Assembly: GCF_009914755.1 (NCBI RefSeq)
Contig: NC_060936.1
Length of the DNA stretch: 64,000 nucleotides
Origin: the human T2T-CHM13v2.0 reference genome, Homo sapiens
Strand: one strand, 5' to 3'
Position numbers and translations under genes: made by a program. This document shows, piece by piece, positions 32,620 through 47,439 of this stretch. The notes under the pieces were generated by a model. That model searched no databases. It saw only the letters and a program-made list of their open reading frames with translations, and had not been told where the DNA came from. Positions within the stretch are counted from its first letter, which is position 1. Each line of letters begins with the position of its first letter.

Positions 32620-32871
32620 ATAATTATAGCACACTGACAGGTCCTATATTGTAGTTACCATTCTTTTATGTTTTATGTGTAAAGTTTTGTTGATCTGGAG
32701 AGGAAAGTCAAAAAAATTCTGTGAACTTTAGGGAAACTTACACTGCTTGCATTGAAGTAGTATGTTTTGTTGCTTGTTTGGGAGTCAGAAACTCTTAATG
32801 TGGAATTTAGTTTCTGCTCTGTCAGGCCATCACCGATAGCACAAATTTAGTAATCTGACCACCCAGCTTTA

Positions 32872-33170
<299 letters not shown>

Positions 33171-34994
33171 CAAAAATAGATTAATTACTTTTAAAAGAAT
33201 GGAGGTGTATAGAGGCAGTAGTTGGAACAAAGAATTCACTTAGGAGTTACGGACCTGGACATCCGATAAGTCAGTTTTTATGTCATGAATCATTTTGCTT
33301 TACGTTCAGTCATTATGTATGTATTCTAGCCAATTGTTGAGCCAATTAATGAAAATAAATTTCTTGGACAAATATCAGAGAAACATTGTTTATGATTTAT
33401 TTATGTTTACTAGAAAACCATCTGAAATAAAGCTGTCAGGTTGAGAATGAGCTAGGTAGAATTGATTCAGAAAAATGGATAGAAATGTTCAGGGAAGCTA
33501 GAACTCTTCTCTATTTTGTTATTTATGGGTGCAGTTAATTTAGTTGCCTGTGAATTGTCCACTATGGTTTATGTGGCATATTTTTAGTACCAAATTCCTT
33601 ACCATTATATAAGGAAGGGATTTTTACAGGGATTACTAGCCAGTTTTAATAACTACTGAGAACATAATTAGATAAAACCAGAAAATGATATATTTTCTTT
33701 AAAAATGTATGCATTAGGTTATCTGCTATTGGATTTTGCATACTAGTATTTCTTTTCCGAGGTATAGGATATATTTTGTAAATGCAAAATGTAACTTCCC
33801 CCCTTCATATATTTCTCTAAATGGAAATAATTTAAAATAGGCTTTGAAACAAGTGGCCTTTGCTGTGCATTTACTGATAGTATCATATAATGCACGAATT
33901 TTGTATGTATTTATGTATTTTTATGGTAGAGATGGGATCTTCCTAAGTTGCCCAGGCTGGTCTTAGACTCCTGGGCTCAAGGGATCCTCTTGCCTTGGCC
34001 TCCCAAAGTGGTGGGATTAACAGGCATGAACCACCATGCCTAGCCTCGAATGATATTACTGTAATTTTAGAACCATCAAAAAAATATCAGGCCTGTCAGG
34101 GAGAATGATGAATATTTTGACAGCCAACAAGTTCATCCCAATAGTGGTATACAGTATGTATCGTATATCTGTGATATTAAAATTGTAAGAGGGGTAATTA
34201 GGGAAAAAAATGTCTAAAAGTAACTTCTTGAAGGGAGGGAGGAGACAGGGATAATGAAAAGGTTGAGAAGCCATACTTTAAGGGAACTAATAGGATTTTG
34301 GTCATTTTGCCATCCATTTTCTCTGGCTTGGCAACAGATATTTGTATATCATGTGGAGCATAATCTTGTTGTGTAAAATGTTGAGAGAATACCTTGTCTA
34401 AAGAATGATTGTAGTGATTTAGAATGGTAGGGAATGAAAAAAATTAGTGAGTTTTTTTTTTTTTTAAACAAACCCTAAGAGCTGTTGTTTATTCCAAGCT
34501 TTATGTAACATAGCTGGCTAGCTACTATGAACAGCAGATAAGATTGGGCAACATTTGGTATCAAAGATAATTAGAGGAATGATGTTGATATTTTCTTGTT
34601 TTTTGAATGCCATTAAAATTAAAAGTAATAATTGAAAAGACCCTTCATGTAATAAAAAATGATACCGTGAAATATTTCTTTGACAAACTGGAAACCTTTT
34701 TTTTAGTCTGTTCAGTAGGCTCACAGAGCTTTATTTATATATGACCTGTGATATACATTTTGCATAATTTCTCATGCAAACATCATGCATATTTTCTCAC
34801 TTTATGAAGTAAGAACAAAGTTCAGTATGTTCTGTATTTTTTTTTACGCTGGAGGATTGATGTGATATGAAGCTGATTAAAAGGAAGGTTACTGATAACT
34901 ACAAAAGAGTGTGCTTTGAGTTTCATTTTTAGTAATGGCAGCAAATGTATTCAGATTCATTATGTTTTTTCACAAAGTTTAAATGTATACCATT

Positions 34995-35100
34995 GGGGCT
35001 AAGTGTACAGGCTGTGGCCTTGGAACAGAGAGAAGCTAACTAGTCCACATGGAGATCAAACCCCAGGACCATGGTCTTAATTAGGATCGTACTACAACCA
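34995..35100 (-). mobile_element. tRNA-derived ancient SINE head (MamSINE1-like)
   Basis: Reverse complement shows a degenerate tRNA-like head followed by AGTTAGCTTCTCTCTGTTCCAAGGCCACAG. Confidence 0.6.
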
Positions 35101-36046
35101 CTTGGAAGCAGTACAACTACCAGACAAAATGGCTGATCCTAAATATTGGTAGAATCATATCAATGTGGAAAATTGGTTTGTGTCAACATAGGAATTCATG
35201 GATGGACAAAAATAGTAAGTGATTGTGATATACCAGGTTAGTGTAGCTGCAATTATGCTTGTAAATTTTTTGTCTACTTATGTAAACATTTTCACAGGTT
35301 TGTAGCTAATAGAAGAAAACAAAGAATCTGTTCACCTATTTATGTAAGTGAAAGTGTAAATTTAAAAATACATTTAGTCCTGCTGTTAATAACCCTTCCA
35401 TTCTTTTTTACTTTCCCTCAGACCATATATTGTGATTATAGTTTCTGCTGAGGAGGATGGAAACTCAACTCCCTTTGAATAATATTAGTAATTCTACTTG
35501 ATGTTCAGAACCGGATTGCAAGAGAGTTTAAAGTGCCCAACACCCCTTGTGGGAAACTTTTTAGTATCTTAAGTGCATGGAACTACTGCTGCAGCCACAC
35601 CGCCTGAAGCTTCAGCTACACTGAAACTTCATAACAAAACTTACCCTCTTTTTTCCTAATTTCTGTGGTCATTGCAATTTGAGCATGTTACTTTGTTTAA
35701 CAAAAACTCATTTCTTAAAGATTATTTTAGTATTGCTGTACAAACAGAATAAAATTATGGCATTATTCAGTGACTTGTGGTCTTAGTTTCTGCCCTTTGT
35801 TAAATTTAGCTTTGTTCTCTGATTTAACCTTGAGATCCCAGACCCCTTATTAAATAAGTCTTATAGACATTCTACCTCGTAACAAGTAAAATTGGTATGT
35901 AAAGATTCTGTAACTAGTAAATTGGATAAGTCATTAATTACATAAACGATTACCTGATGATTACTTGAGGTCCCTTTATTTAGGTATATAAATGATATTT
36001 CCCCTACTAGGCTTTTTTCTTTTTCTTTTAAAAAGATCTTATTCTC

Positions 36047-36420
36047 GGCCGGGTGTGGTGGCTCACACCTGTAATCCCAGCACTTTGGGAGGCCGAGGCG
36101 GGCGGATCACGAGGTCAGGAGATCAAGACCATCCTGGCTAACCCATCCTGCCTAACACGGTGAAACCCCATCTCTACAAAAAATACAAGAAATTAGCTGG
36201 GCAAGGTAGCGGGCACCTGTAGTCCCAGCTACTCGGTGGGGGGGGGGGGGGGGGGGGGGGGGGGGGGCGCTGAGGCAGGAGAATGGCGTGAACCCAGGAG
36301 GCGGAGCTTGCAGTGAGCCGAGATTGCGCCACTGCACTCCAGCCTGGGCGACAGAGCAAGACTCCGTCTCAAAAAAATAAATAAATAAAAATTAAAATTA
36401 AAAAAATACAAAATAAATAA
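36047..36420 (+). mobile_element. AluY-like with internal G30 run
   Basis: 15-bp TSD AAAAGATCTTATTCT; Y diagnostics. Confidence 0.93.
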
Positions 36421-37583
36421 AAGATCTTATTCTGGCTCTCCTTTAAATAGCAAAACAGTAGCCTGGGCCCATAATATCTTGTTGCTCTGTTTACCATCAT
36501 ATAACAAATGCTTTTCTCTGGGTCATTCTCTATCCATTTAGGGACTATTTTGGCTAATAGTCCCTAAAACCATTAGCTCCTCCATATGTGCCATTTGTAT
36601 AATTCTTTAGTAAATTGTATTAATGGGAGAATCTGTAAGTTATGTCTGAACTTTCAGGTTGTCTTATAATTGTCTTTTTCCTTATGTCAGATGTTCTATG
36701 TCATAAGAATAAAATGGTTCACACCAATACAAGTACTTAGTTGTGGAAAGGGAGAGTAGAAGATAAAAATGGAGATTTTCCTGTGCTACAGGCTTAGTCA
36801 AGCTTATGGTCTATTTAATGGTTATCAAAGGCAATTAAATAGTGTTGAGTGTTCTGCTTTTACCTACATTTCATTTTTCATGTACTTAGTTACAAATTGA
36901 ACCCTCTTCTATTTTTTTCCTGCTCCTGTTTCTGTTTCATTTTAGTTTTCCTTTTCCCTGATTATCATTTAGGCATGTAAGTGACACCCAGTAGCATTGC
37001 TTTAATTCTGCTGGTGACAGTGCCAAAGCTTTACTATACTCTTTTTGTTGTCTGTTGCTTTTCTCTTGCTAATTTGCTTGACTAGATAACTAAGAATTCA
37101 GGTAAGCATTAGCTCTTTGTTCACTGAGAATAATACAACTTGCAAGATAATTAATTTGGATTGTTCTACATGTATTTCGTTTATTTCTCTTTACCTTGTT
37201 CATTTATTACGACATTTTGAATTATTTACATACCCATATTTCTTCTTTCTTTTATGGCTCAGCTCACTATGCTTTTTTTTAATACTGGTAGCTTCCTCAA
37301 GGTTGGAAAACAAGATCTGAATACTATAGAAAATAATAACTATTTTTCTGTGGTCATATTAAAGATATAATGGCTTTGGATTTTGGGGTGATTTTTCTAC
37401 TGTCAGTTTAAAAAAAACTTGTCTATTTGCATTTGTGTGTTATTACTTCTAGTTAAGAGTATTTCCAAGGAAAGTTTCATGTTACTTATTTTGTTTCCAT
37501 GTCTTTTTCCAAAAGAACTTATTTTTTATATTATAATAAATATCAGTGGAAAAGTAGGTTTCGTTATATAGAAATTAACTTTA

Positions 37584-38041
<458 letters not shown>

Positions 38042-38225
38042 AAGAAATTCACTTTTTAGACCTGTTCAAGAATACATCTATTGCATAAAGTGGAAAAAGA
38101 TTTGTACTGAAATCCTTGGCCTTTTTCCATCAGATTTTTAAAACAAAAAGTTGAATTTGTATTCAAGTCTATTTTAGTAGTATTTTGACTTTTGTATAAT
38201 CTAGAGCATTATTTCTGTATCTCAG

Positions 38226-38435
38226 GAAGCTGAATATGGTGGGCATGATCAGATAGATTTGTATGACGATGTCATATCTCCATCTGCAAATAATGGAGAT
38301 GCCCCAGAAGACCGAGATTACATGGATACTCTCCCACCAACTGTTGGTGATGATGTGGGTAAAGGAGCAGCACCAAATGTTGTCTATACATATACTGGAA
38401 AGAGAATTGCATTATATATTGGAAATCTAACATGG
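38226..38435 (+). CDS. CPSF6: CPSF6 exon 2 (EAEYGGHDQIDLYDDVISP...RIALYIGNLTW; start of RRM)
   Basis: ctcag|GAA acceptor, TGG|gtaagt donor, 210 nt; RNP2-like LYIGNL. Confidence 0.98.
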
Positions 38436-39169
38436 GTAAGTGAAGTTAATATAAGAATTAAATTATTGGTAATTGATTTTGAACTGCTCTAGTAATTAAT
38501 GTTTTTCTCCAGATTTTTATAAGTTTGAAGTTACTGTGTTTTTCTATATGTGTTTGCTTGTCCAATGAGGAGGGAAATACAAATATCTTTGCAACATCGT
38601 TAATTCGAATTCTTCTAGTTTTGAGTTTTGTGGTCATTCAACTTTTCTTGGTGGAGATACTAGTTAAATATAGTTAAATTAGTTTTGTCTTCAGTTACCT
38701 TTTTTATGCTACCACTTTACCTTGCTTCCGATAGCCCAGTTTCACTAAAAATAATGCTCACATGGGGTCTCAAACCAGGATTCAAGTGTAAAAGGAAAGA
38801 GACATAGTATCACTCCTGGTTTAAAAATAGTGTCCATTATTTAATTTGTGTTACAAATTTGAGTTTTATTTCTGCCCTTAAATTTGAAATCTGATTTATA
38901 GAAGCACTTCTGTGCGTATTATATTTTAATTTGGGTTGTCATGAGACTAAGATTATTGATTTAGAGCTTCATTAAATGCACATATGTATATTTATTTTTT
39001 ATTAATATTACATCTTAAGTATCATTAAAATAGTCCTATAGAATGTTTGTATTTCTACTTAGTTATATGTATACTTGAAAGTTAAAAACTTGTATATGCA
39101 AAAATCAATAAAACTTGGCACCCTTGCATTTCCTTAATAACACTGTATTTTTAAACGTTTTATTTACAT

Positions 39170-39470
39170 TTCTTTTTTTCGGGGGGAGACAGAATTTGCA
39201 AAACTCTGTCACCCAGGCTGGAGTGCAGTGGTGTAATCATAGCTCACTGAAGCCTCAAACTCCTGGGCTGAAGTGATTCTCCTGTGTCAGCCTCCAAGTA
39301 GCTAGGACCACAGGCATGTGTCACTCCGCCTGGCTAATTAAAAACAAAACAAAAAAACACTTTTGTAGAGCTGACTTCTTGCTATATTGCTTCAGGCTGG
39401 CCTCAAATTCCTGGCCTCAAGTGATCCTCCTAACCAAGCTCTCAAAGTGCTAGGATTATGGTGCCCAGCC
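39170..39470 (-). mobile_element. Alu (J-like), intron 2
   Basis: TSD TATTTACATTTCTTTT. Confidence 0.85.
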
Positions 39471-39544
39471 TATTTACATTTCTTTTAAAACTAAATGTAA
39501 CAGATCTCCCACCACCCAGTCTGAGTATTCTATAAAATTGGAGA

Positions 39545-39760
39545 CAGTAGCAGTGTAGTTATGAAAGTATGGTTGCTAAGTAAGTATTTGGATCTTAGCT
39601 CCACCATCTATTATTAGTTTTGTGACCTTGTTAAAGAGTTAAAGCTCTTTAACTTCTATTGTATCATGTGTAAAATGGGTATAATAATAGTGCTTATATG
39701 GTTGTTATAAGAGTTAGTTGATACATAAAGTATATGGTAGATATTAAATACATGTTAGTT
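39545..39760 (+). mobile_element. MIR
   Basis: Core TGTGACCTTG...TGTAAAATGGGTATAATAATAGT. Confidence 0.65.
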
Positions 39761-40151
39761 TTTTCTTATCTGCATTTTAATTCAAAAACAAGATGAAATT
39801 CAAAATACTTTCCTTTAATGGGAGGAAGTGAAATTGGTTTTATTCACAATTTAAAATCATAGCAGTTTAAAGCTGTAAGGGACCAGAAACTCTTGAGAGT
39901 CAAATCTTATTGTAACCCCAAGGGTATATACCTTCTAGTTTCTGAAATACTTATCAGGGAATGAAGTTAGGTTCCCAGATGGTTTTTGTGCTGTTTAAAA
40001 ATTGGAGTCTGACTGGCCATAACTAGACTTAGATTTGCACTCAGCATTTATTTTCTCTTTTATGTCTCAAATTTCCCCTTAAAAACTAGACTGGGATAAT
40101 AAAAATCTTGGTTTTATTTTAATGGTTAATGAGGGGGAAAATATCTTGCAG

Positions 40152-40255
40152 TGGACAACAGATGAAGACTTAACTGAAGCAGTTCATTCTTTGGGAGTAA
40201 ATGATATTTTGGAGATAAAATTTTTTGAAAATCGAGCAAATGGCCAGTCAAAGGG
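40152..40255 (+). CDS. CPSF6: CPSF6 exon 3 ([35 protein letters not shown]; RRM)
   Basis: ttgcag|TGG, GG|gtaagt, 104 nt; frame continuous with exon 2. Confidence 0.97.
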
Positions 40256-41139
40256 GTAAGTTTTTTTTTTCTTTCTTTTTGATTTAGTAGCTAGTGATAC
40301 AGTTTTTACAAGTTAACTTTCCTTTAAGTTAATGTTAATTACACATGTATACACATGTATACAAACAACACATGATTGTTTACATTGGAAGGAGGTTCTT
40401 GGGCAAAGATTGATACTTTTCATTTTACGTACCCTATTACCTAACACACTAAAACCAGTAGAGTGGAAATGTGGACAGATTTATTTTCTATTTTTCCCAA
40501 GTTTTCTCTATCTGTGGTTGAAATGGTTGTTGAAATGACAGTTTAAGAACCATTACTCTCCCTGTGATTAAGAGATGGGAGAAGATGGGCAACTGAATAA
40601 TGTGTTACATGGATATTTTGCTTTATTTCACTACTAAACTATACAAGTGGGATAGCCTCAGCATGAGAACATTATAAATACAGATATCTAAAAGTAAGAA
40701 AATAAAATACCACTGTCCTACCATTCATTGATGTTTACTTTTAACATTTTAGTGAAGATTCTTTTGGGCTTTTTCCTAAAAATAAATAAATAAATAAATA
40801 ATGGAATTATAATTCATGTGTTTTATATGTTTGATATAAGGAATAAAAATAAATACACATCCTCTCTAATGTCTAATTCTTTTGCATCATACCTGGTATG
40901 CTACTGTAATTTACCTTTCTTATTTTTGGTTATCGTGGTGGTTTCCACTTTTGCCTATTGTAAATAATGTTGCAGCAGACATCATTTTATATAAGTCTTT
41001 TGGTACAGATTTTGGATTTTCTTTTAAGGATAAATTGTTAGATGCACAATGATAAAGAATTTTCTTATTTCTTATATTGCTTACTTATCTTAGAAGATTA
41101 TACCAATTTATACTAAACTGAGAATATTTTCAAAATATA

Positions 41140-41775
41140 TGCAGAGTCTGAATACTTCTCACTAACTTTACTTATACCACTTGGTCAAAGCCACTATCAT
41201 CTCTCACTTAAACTTTGGCAGTAGCTTCCTAACTGGAAGTATAGACTGCCCCCTACAGTCTGTACTCCACATAACAGAAGTTTTAAAAAAAAAAATGACA
41301 TTCTGCTCAATCTTCTCATGGTTTCCTGTCTGTCTCATTCTTTACCATTGTCTACAAGGTACTTTCTGGTCTGTTTTCCCACCACCTTTCTAACCCTATC
41401 CTACCACTCTTTTTCAGCCACATTAGTCTCTTTGCTGTTGGCCAGACCAATTCCTACCTAGGACCTTTAGCTGTTTTCTCTTCTTGGTTTACTTTTCCCC
41501 CTCAAATATCCACATGGCTTACTCTTTGACTTCATTCAGGACTCAAACTGTTTAAGAGTTTTCTTCCATGACCATCTTGTGCAAAGTAGCACCTTCCTAT
41601 CCTGTTTCCTTTATTTCTGCTCTGATATATTTTACTCGTTTGTTGTCTCCTCTTCCAAGCCTTTAAGCTTAATGAGAACAGAGATTTTGTTTTGTTCTCT
41701 ATTACTTCTCCAGCTCTAGAATGGTACCTTGCGTATAAGAAGTGGTGCTTAATAAATATTTGTTAAATTAATTTA
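41140..41775 (+). mobile_element. L2 3' fragment
   Basis: Pyrimidine-rich L2-like sequence ending AATAAATATTTGTTAAATTAA. Confidence 0.65.
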
Positions 41776-41984
41776 GTTTTTTCTAAATGTTGTGACCCAA
41801 GATAATCCTGGTGCAAACAGCAGAACTTGTTGACTAAAATAAGAAGGATAATTTAAAAGATCATATTGAACATTAGGGGGAAAAGAGCTTAAGCTTCTTA
41901 AGCTACTAAGACCCTCCCTCCCTCAAATAATTTAGAATATCCTGTAACTATACGAATTGGTAATCATTCTGATTATTTTAAATT

Positions 41985-43050
<1,066 letters not shown>

Positions 43051-43480
43051 TTTTATTGTAGCAAAAAGTGGAAGCAACCCAAATGTCCATGAACTGATGG
43101 ATACATTTCTTTTAATGTTGTATATTTATAATGGAAAATTATTCACCCATAAAAGTAAGTGGTGATGCATGCTGTAACAGTGGATGAAGCTTGAAAACAT
43201 GCTAGTTAAAGAAGGCTGGTCACAAGGGACCTCCTATTGTATGATTCCATTTAGATGAAATGTCTAGGATAGGCCAGTCCAGAGACAGAAATTAGGTTTA
43301 GTGGTTCCATAGGGTACAGGGATGGGAAGGAATGGGAGCGATGGCTAATGGATATGGAGTTTCTTTTTGGGGTGATGAAAATGTTTTAAAATTGATTATG
43401 GTGGTGGTTATAACACTGTGAAATACTAAAAACCACTGAATTATATATTTTGAATGACTGAATTCTATGGTATGTTATAC
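43051..43480 (+). mobile_element. L1M 3' fragment (sense)
   Basis: GGAAGCAACCCAAATGTCCAT...TGTATGATTCCATTT...GGGGTGATGAAAATGTT. Confidence 0.8.
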
Positions 43481-43798
43481 AAGATGAACAAAAATGTGTA
43501 CTCGTATAGTTAAGAAATATTTTTAGTTTTTAAAATTATTTATTTTTAGAGACAGGATCTCACTGTGTTGCCCAGGCTGGAGTGCAGTAGTGTGATTATA
43601 GGTTACTGTAGCCTCAAACTCCTGGGCTCAAGCAATCCTCGTGCCTCAACCTTCTAAGCAGCTGGGATTACAGGCATGAGCCACTGTGCCCAGCTGTTGT
43701 TTTAGATAAAAGCAGATTAAGACCTTTTTACAGAAGAATAACAGTAATAATATTGATCTCTTTTTACTTTGTATCCTCACCCCTTAAACACTTTTTAG

Positions 43799-43944
43799 GT
43801 TTGCCCTTGTTGGTGTTGGATCTGAAGCATCTTCAAAAAAGTTAATGGATCTGTTACCTAAAAGAGAACTTCATGGTCAGAATCCTGTTGTAACTCCATG
43901 CAATAAACAGTTCCTGAGTCAATTTGAAATGCAGTCCAGGAAAA
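43799..43944 (+). CDS. CPSF6: CPSF6 exon 4 (FALVGVGSEASSKKLMDLLPKRELHGQNPVVTPCNKQFLSQFEMQSRK; RRM end)
   Basis: tttttag|G, AAAA|gtaagc, 146 nt; RNP1 KGFALV spans the exon 3/4 junction. Confidence 0.97.
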
Positions 43945-44833
43945 GTAAGCAGTCCTCAGAGGCTTTTATTAAAATATGTACATTTTAACCAGTGCATTTG
44001 TTAGGTGTTATACTAGAGAAGTCATCTTAATACTAGCTCACTAGGAACTCCATTTCACAAAGTCCATGCTTTGAATTAGATTTAATCACTGGTTATGACT
44101 GTGGGCCTGTGTACGAGAAACCTACTCCTGTTCCATTTTTCTCCAGATGTAACAGACCCAATACTATACAACAATGTGCAAGTTCTATAGCCCTGCCATT
44201 CTTGTCCTATTATTTCCATCTTAGATACAGAAAGAAACTACATTCTAATTCTTAGATTAAAGGAGAGCTATGTGGATGTGTATTATGGTGGGGGAGAGAT
44301 CACTGATAACCAGAAAATGTTCATTGATTTTTCTGCTTGGCAACAAGACCTTTCACCACTTGGTAAACTGAATATAGAAAAGATTTGTCATTATACATTT
44401 AAGTACATTATCTTTAAAGAGATGAGATGGATGATTATGTAATTAACAGAAATTCAAGTGGTTCCTTTTCTTTTAATGTTTTAGCACTTAAGACTTAACT
44501 GAAGAAGTGTGTTACAAAATTTAAATGATGTAATACTGAAATTAAGATATCTGTTGAAGAATTTCGGTCTTGGCTGCTGCAGAGTGCTGGTATTTTGAAA
44601 GTAACTCACGATTACCTATGGAAAATATATTTAAACCTGGATATTTTGAGTCTTTAAAAGTACCCAAATAGATGTGAATGTTTTCCTAAACCATACTTTC
44701 TTATGTAGTTTGCATAGGCACAAGGCATTTGCAAGTTAATATATTAGAAATAGAGTTGTTTTTAATAATAGTGGTTACATTTCAGAAAACTATTTTTAAT
44801 AAGTGCTATTTATGAGTATTTGGATATTTGCAG

Positions 44834-45007
44834 CTACACAATCAGGACAAATGTCTGGGGAAGGTAAAGCTGGTCCTCCAGGAGGCAGTTCCCGTGCAGC
44901 ATTTCCACAAGGTGGTAGAGGACGGGGCCGTTTTCCAGGGGCTGTTCCTGGTGGGGACAGATTTCCTGGGCCAGCAGGACCAGGAGGGCCACCCCCACCT
45001 TTTCCAG
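44834..45007 (+). CDS. CPSF6: CPSF6 exon 5 (TQSGQMSGEGKAGPPGG...GGRGRGRFPG...PPPPFP; GAR motif)
   Basis: tttgcag|CT, CAG|gtaaaa, 174 nt, phase 1-1. Confidence 0.97.
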
Positions 45008-45136
45008 GTAAAACTTTTCTTAAATTACCATGGATAAAACATGTCTACCTAATACCTCTTTTCCTTTTCTCTCTTTTTCAAGTAATGCATTATTAATGTG
45101 ACTTACTCTCCTTGTTATGCTATTTTTGGAATCCAG

Positions 45137-45247
45137 GAAATTTGATCAAGCATCTTGTTAAAGGAACTCGGCCTTTGTTCCTGGAAACTAGGATTCCATG
45201 GCATATGGGGCACAGCATAGAGGAAATACCCATTTTTGGCCTAAAAG
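45137..45247 (+). CDS. CPSF6: CPSF6 alternative cassette exon (37 aa, GNLIKHLVKGTRPLFLETRIPWHMGHSIEEIPIFGLK; 588-aa isoform)
   Basis: atccag|GA acceptor, weak AAG|gtcttt donor, 111 nt, symmetric phase 1-1, no stop; 551+37=588 aa matches the known long isoform. Confidence 0.9.
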
Positions 45248-45692
45248 GTCTTTATTTTTCTCCAAACTTGCTTGACTTATATATAGAATATTTACATCCG
45301 TCTTACTTTCTTACCTCTTAAAAAAATCCTTTCAAGATCATTTTTCCTTGTTTCACTTTCTAGCTTGGCATCAGAGTAGAATATAAGGTGGGTGATTTCA
45401 CTGTAAGAAGTGTGTGTACACGGAAAGATGGAAAATATCTCTAGGCATTGTAATATTTTTTTATTAAAGTTTTCGTTTCAATAATTTTTCTTAAGCATAA
45501 ATTGAGCTAGTTAAATTTGTAAGGATATACTTCATTGTAGTTGGTAGTGTAACATTTACCATACGGGTTTAATTTAAAGACAAAGACTTGGTGTATGCTC
45601 TATGCGTTTAAAGTATAATCTTGGCATATAAAAGTTAAAATATCTTATTAGTGAAGTGTTTTTTTTTTCTCTCTTTCTCCTTTGTTTTTTAG

Positions 45693-46197
45693 CTGGACAG
45701 ACTCCACCACGTCCACCCTTAGGTCCTCCAGGCCCACCTGGTCCACCAGGTCCTCCACCTCCTGGTCAGGTTCTGCCTCCTCCTCTAGCTGGGCCTCCTA
45801 ATCGAGGAGATCGCCCTCCACCACCAGTTCTTTTTCCTGGACAACCTTTTGGGCAGCCTCCATTGGGTCCACTTCCTCCTGGCCCTCCACCTCCAGTTCC
45901 AGGCTACGGCCCCCCTCCTGGCCCACCACCTCCACAACAGGGACCACCTCCACCTCCAGGCCCCTTTCCACCTCGTCCACCCGGTCCACTTGGGCCACCC
46001 CTTACACTAGCTCCTCCTCCGCATCTTCCTGGACCACCTCCAGGTGCCCCACCGCCAGCTCCGCATGTGAACCCAGCTTTCTTTCCTCCACCAACTAACA
46101 GTGGCATGCCTACATCAGATAGCCGAGGTCCACCACCAACAGATCCATATGGGCGACCTCCACCATATGATAGGGGTGACTATGGCCCCCCTGGAAG
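45693..46197 (+). CDS. CPSF6: CPSF6 exon 6, proline-rich domain incl. PVLFPGQPFGQPP (F284 codon at 45848-45850)
   Basis: Long pyrimidine tract ttttttag|CT, AG|gtaagt, 505 nt; ORF track 45656-46201. Confidence 0.98.
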
Positions 46198-46530
46198 GTA
46201 AGTTAGTGTGTATCTGTGAAAGTACTTGATGATAAAAGATAGGAACAATGACTGTAAATATTAGATTGTAGGTATATAAATATGTTATTTCTGCCTTCCA
46301 AGAAGATGAGGTGTTTAAGCTGCTACCCTGTTTTAGCTGAAAGATACTGGTATAGGAGAATTTTTAGATTTGTTCTCTTTGTTGGAAAAGTAGCATGCTT
46401 CAATATGGAAAAGTAACTACTATCTCTAAAGCACATGTCAGAAGCAGCTAGTATGAATTGCTATACACCGTTGTGACTAACTGAGGAAATCTGTTGAGTA
46501 TGAGTTAAGGTTTATGTTTTTGTTTTACAG

Positions 46531-46646
46531 GGAAATGGATACTGCAAGAACGCCATTGAGTGAAGCTGAATTTGAAGAAATCATGAATAGAAATAGGGCA
46601 ATCTCAAGCAGTGCTATTTCGAGAGCTGTGTCTGATGCCAGTGCTG
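46531..46646 (+). CDS. CPSF6: CPSF6 exon 7 ([38 protein letters not shown])
   Basis: ttttacag|G, G|gtttgt, 116 nt. Confidence 0.96.
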
Positions 46647-47146
46647 GTTTGTGTATTTCTTGTATTAATATTTCTTATTTATGTTATTAGGAATGACCTA
46701 AAAATGTAAGTACAATCTAGAAGATAGGTCATTTACATGTAGTAGTTCTTTTTATATTCCCAAATCATTACCTACGATTTATTTAAAAAGCATTGAAAAA
46801 AGTTGTGTGTCACAGTGTAGTGGGGAAAATCCAAATTTTAAGTTATTTGGTATAGATTTAAGTCTTACCCTTGACATTTAATGGTTCAGGGGCCTCATGA
46901 CACCTTATTTATTCTTATATTTGCAAAATGATAATGTGCTTCACACACGTATAATAAGTTGAGTCAATATCATGAGCATGAAAGGCTTTTGCAAATGGTG
47001 AAACACTGAAAGAAGACATTGTCTTGCATAGTTATTTTATAGCACAGTACTTTTGTAAAATGCCTTATCACTCTTATCCCAAGTGGTTTGATGGTGTTTT
47101 GAAAACAAAATTTGTTTGACTTCAAACCCTTTCCTTTCCCTCACAG

Positions 47147-47300
47147 GTGATTATGGGAGTGCTATTGAGACACTGGTAACTGCAATTTCTTTAATTAAAC
47201 AATCCAAAGTATCTGCTGATGATCGTTGCAAAGTTCTTATTAGTTCTTTGCAAGATTGCCTTCATGGAATTGAGTCCAAGTCTTATGGTTCTGGATCAAG
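47147..47300 (+). CDS. CPSF6: CPSF6 exon 8 ([50 protein letters not shown])
   Basis: tcacag|GT, AAG|gtaaaa, 154 nt; ends in phase 2. Confidence 0.97.
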
Positions 47301-47439
47301 GTAAAACTTTCCTGTCTCATTTCCATTTAAAAAAACTGTTAGTTTACAAATGGAAAAAATACTGTGAGACTTTAAAAGGAGGACTTTGCTTTTACTTACT
47401 GATTATTTAGCAGCTGGAGTGGTTTTTTTTTTTTTAACT

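Noticed and set aside
34995-35100. Possible tRNA gene
   Set aside because: Too degenerate for a cloverleaf and continues into SINE body sequence; treated as an ancient SINE.
45798-46107. Antisense ORFs over exon 6
   Set aside because: Mirror of the Pro-codon-rich sense strand.
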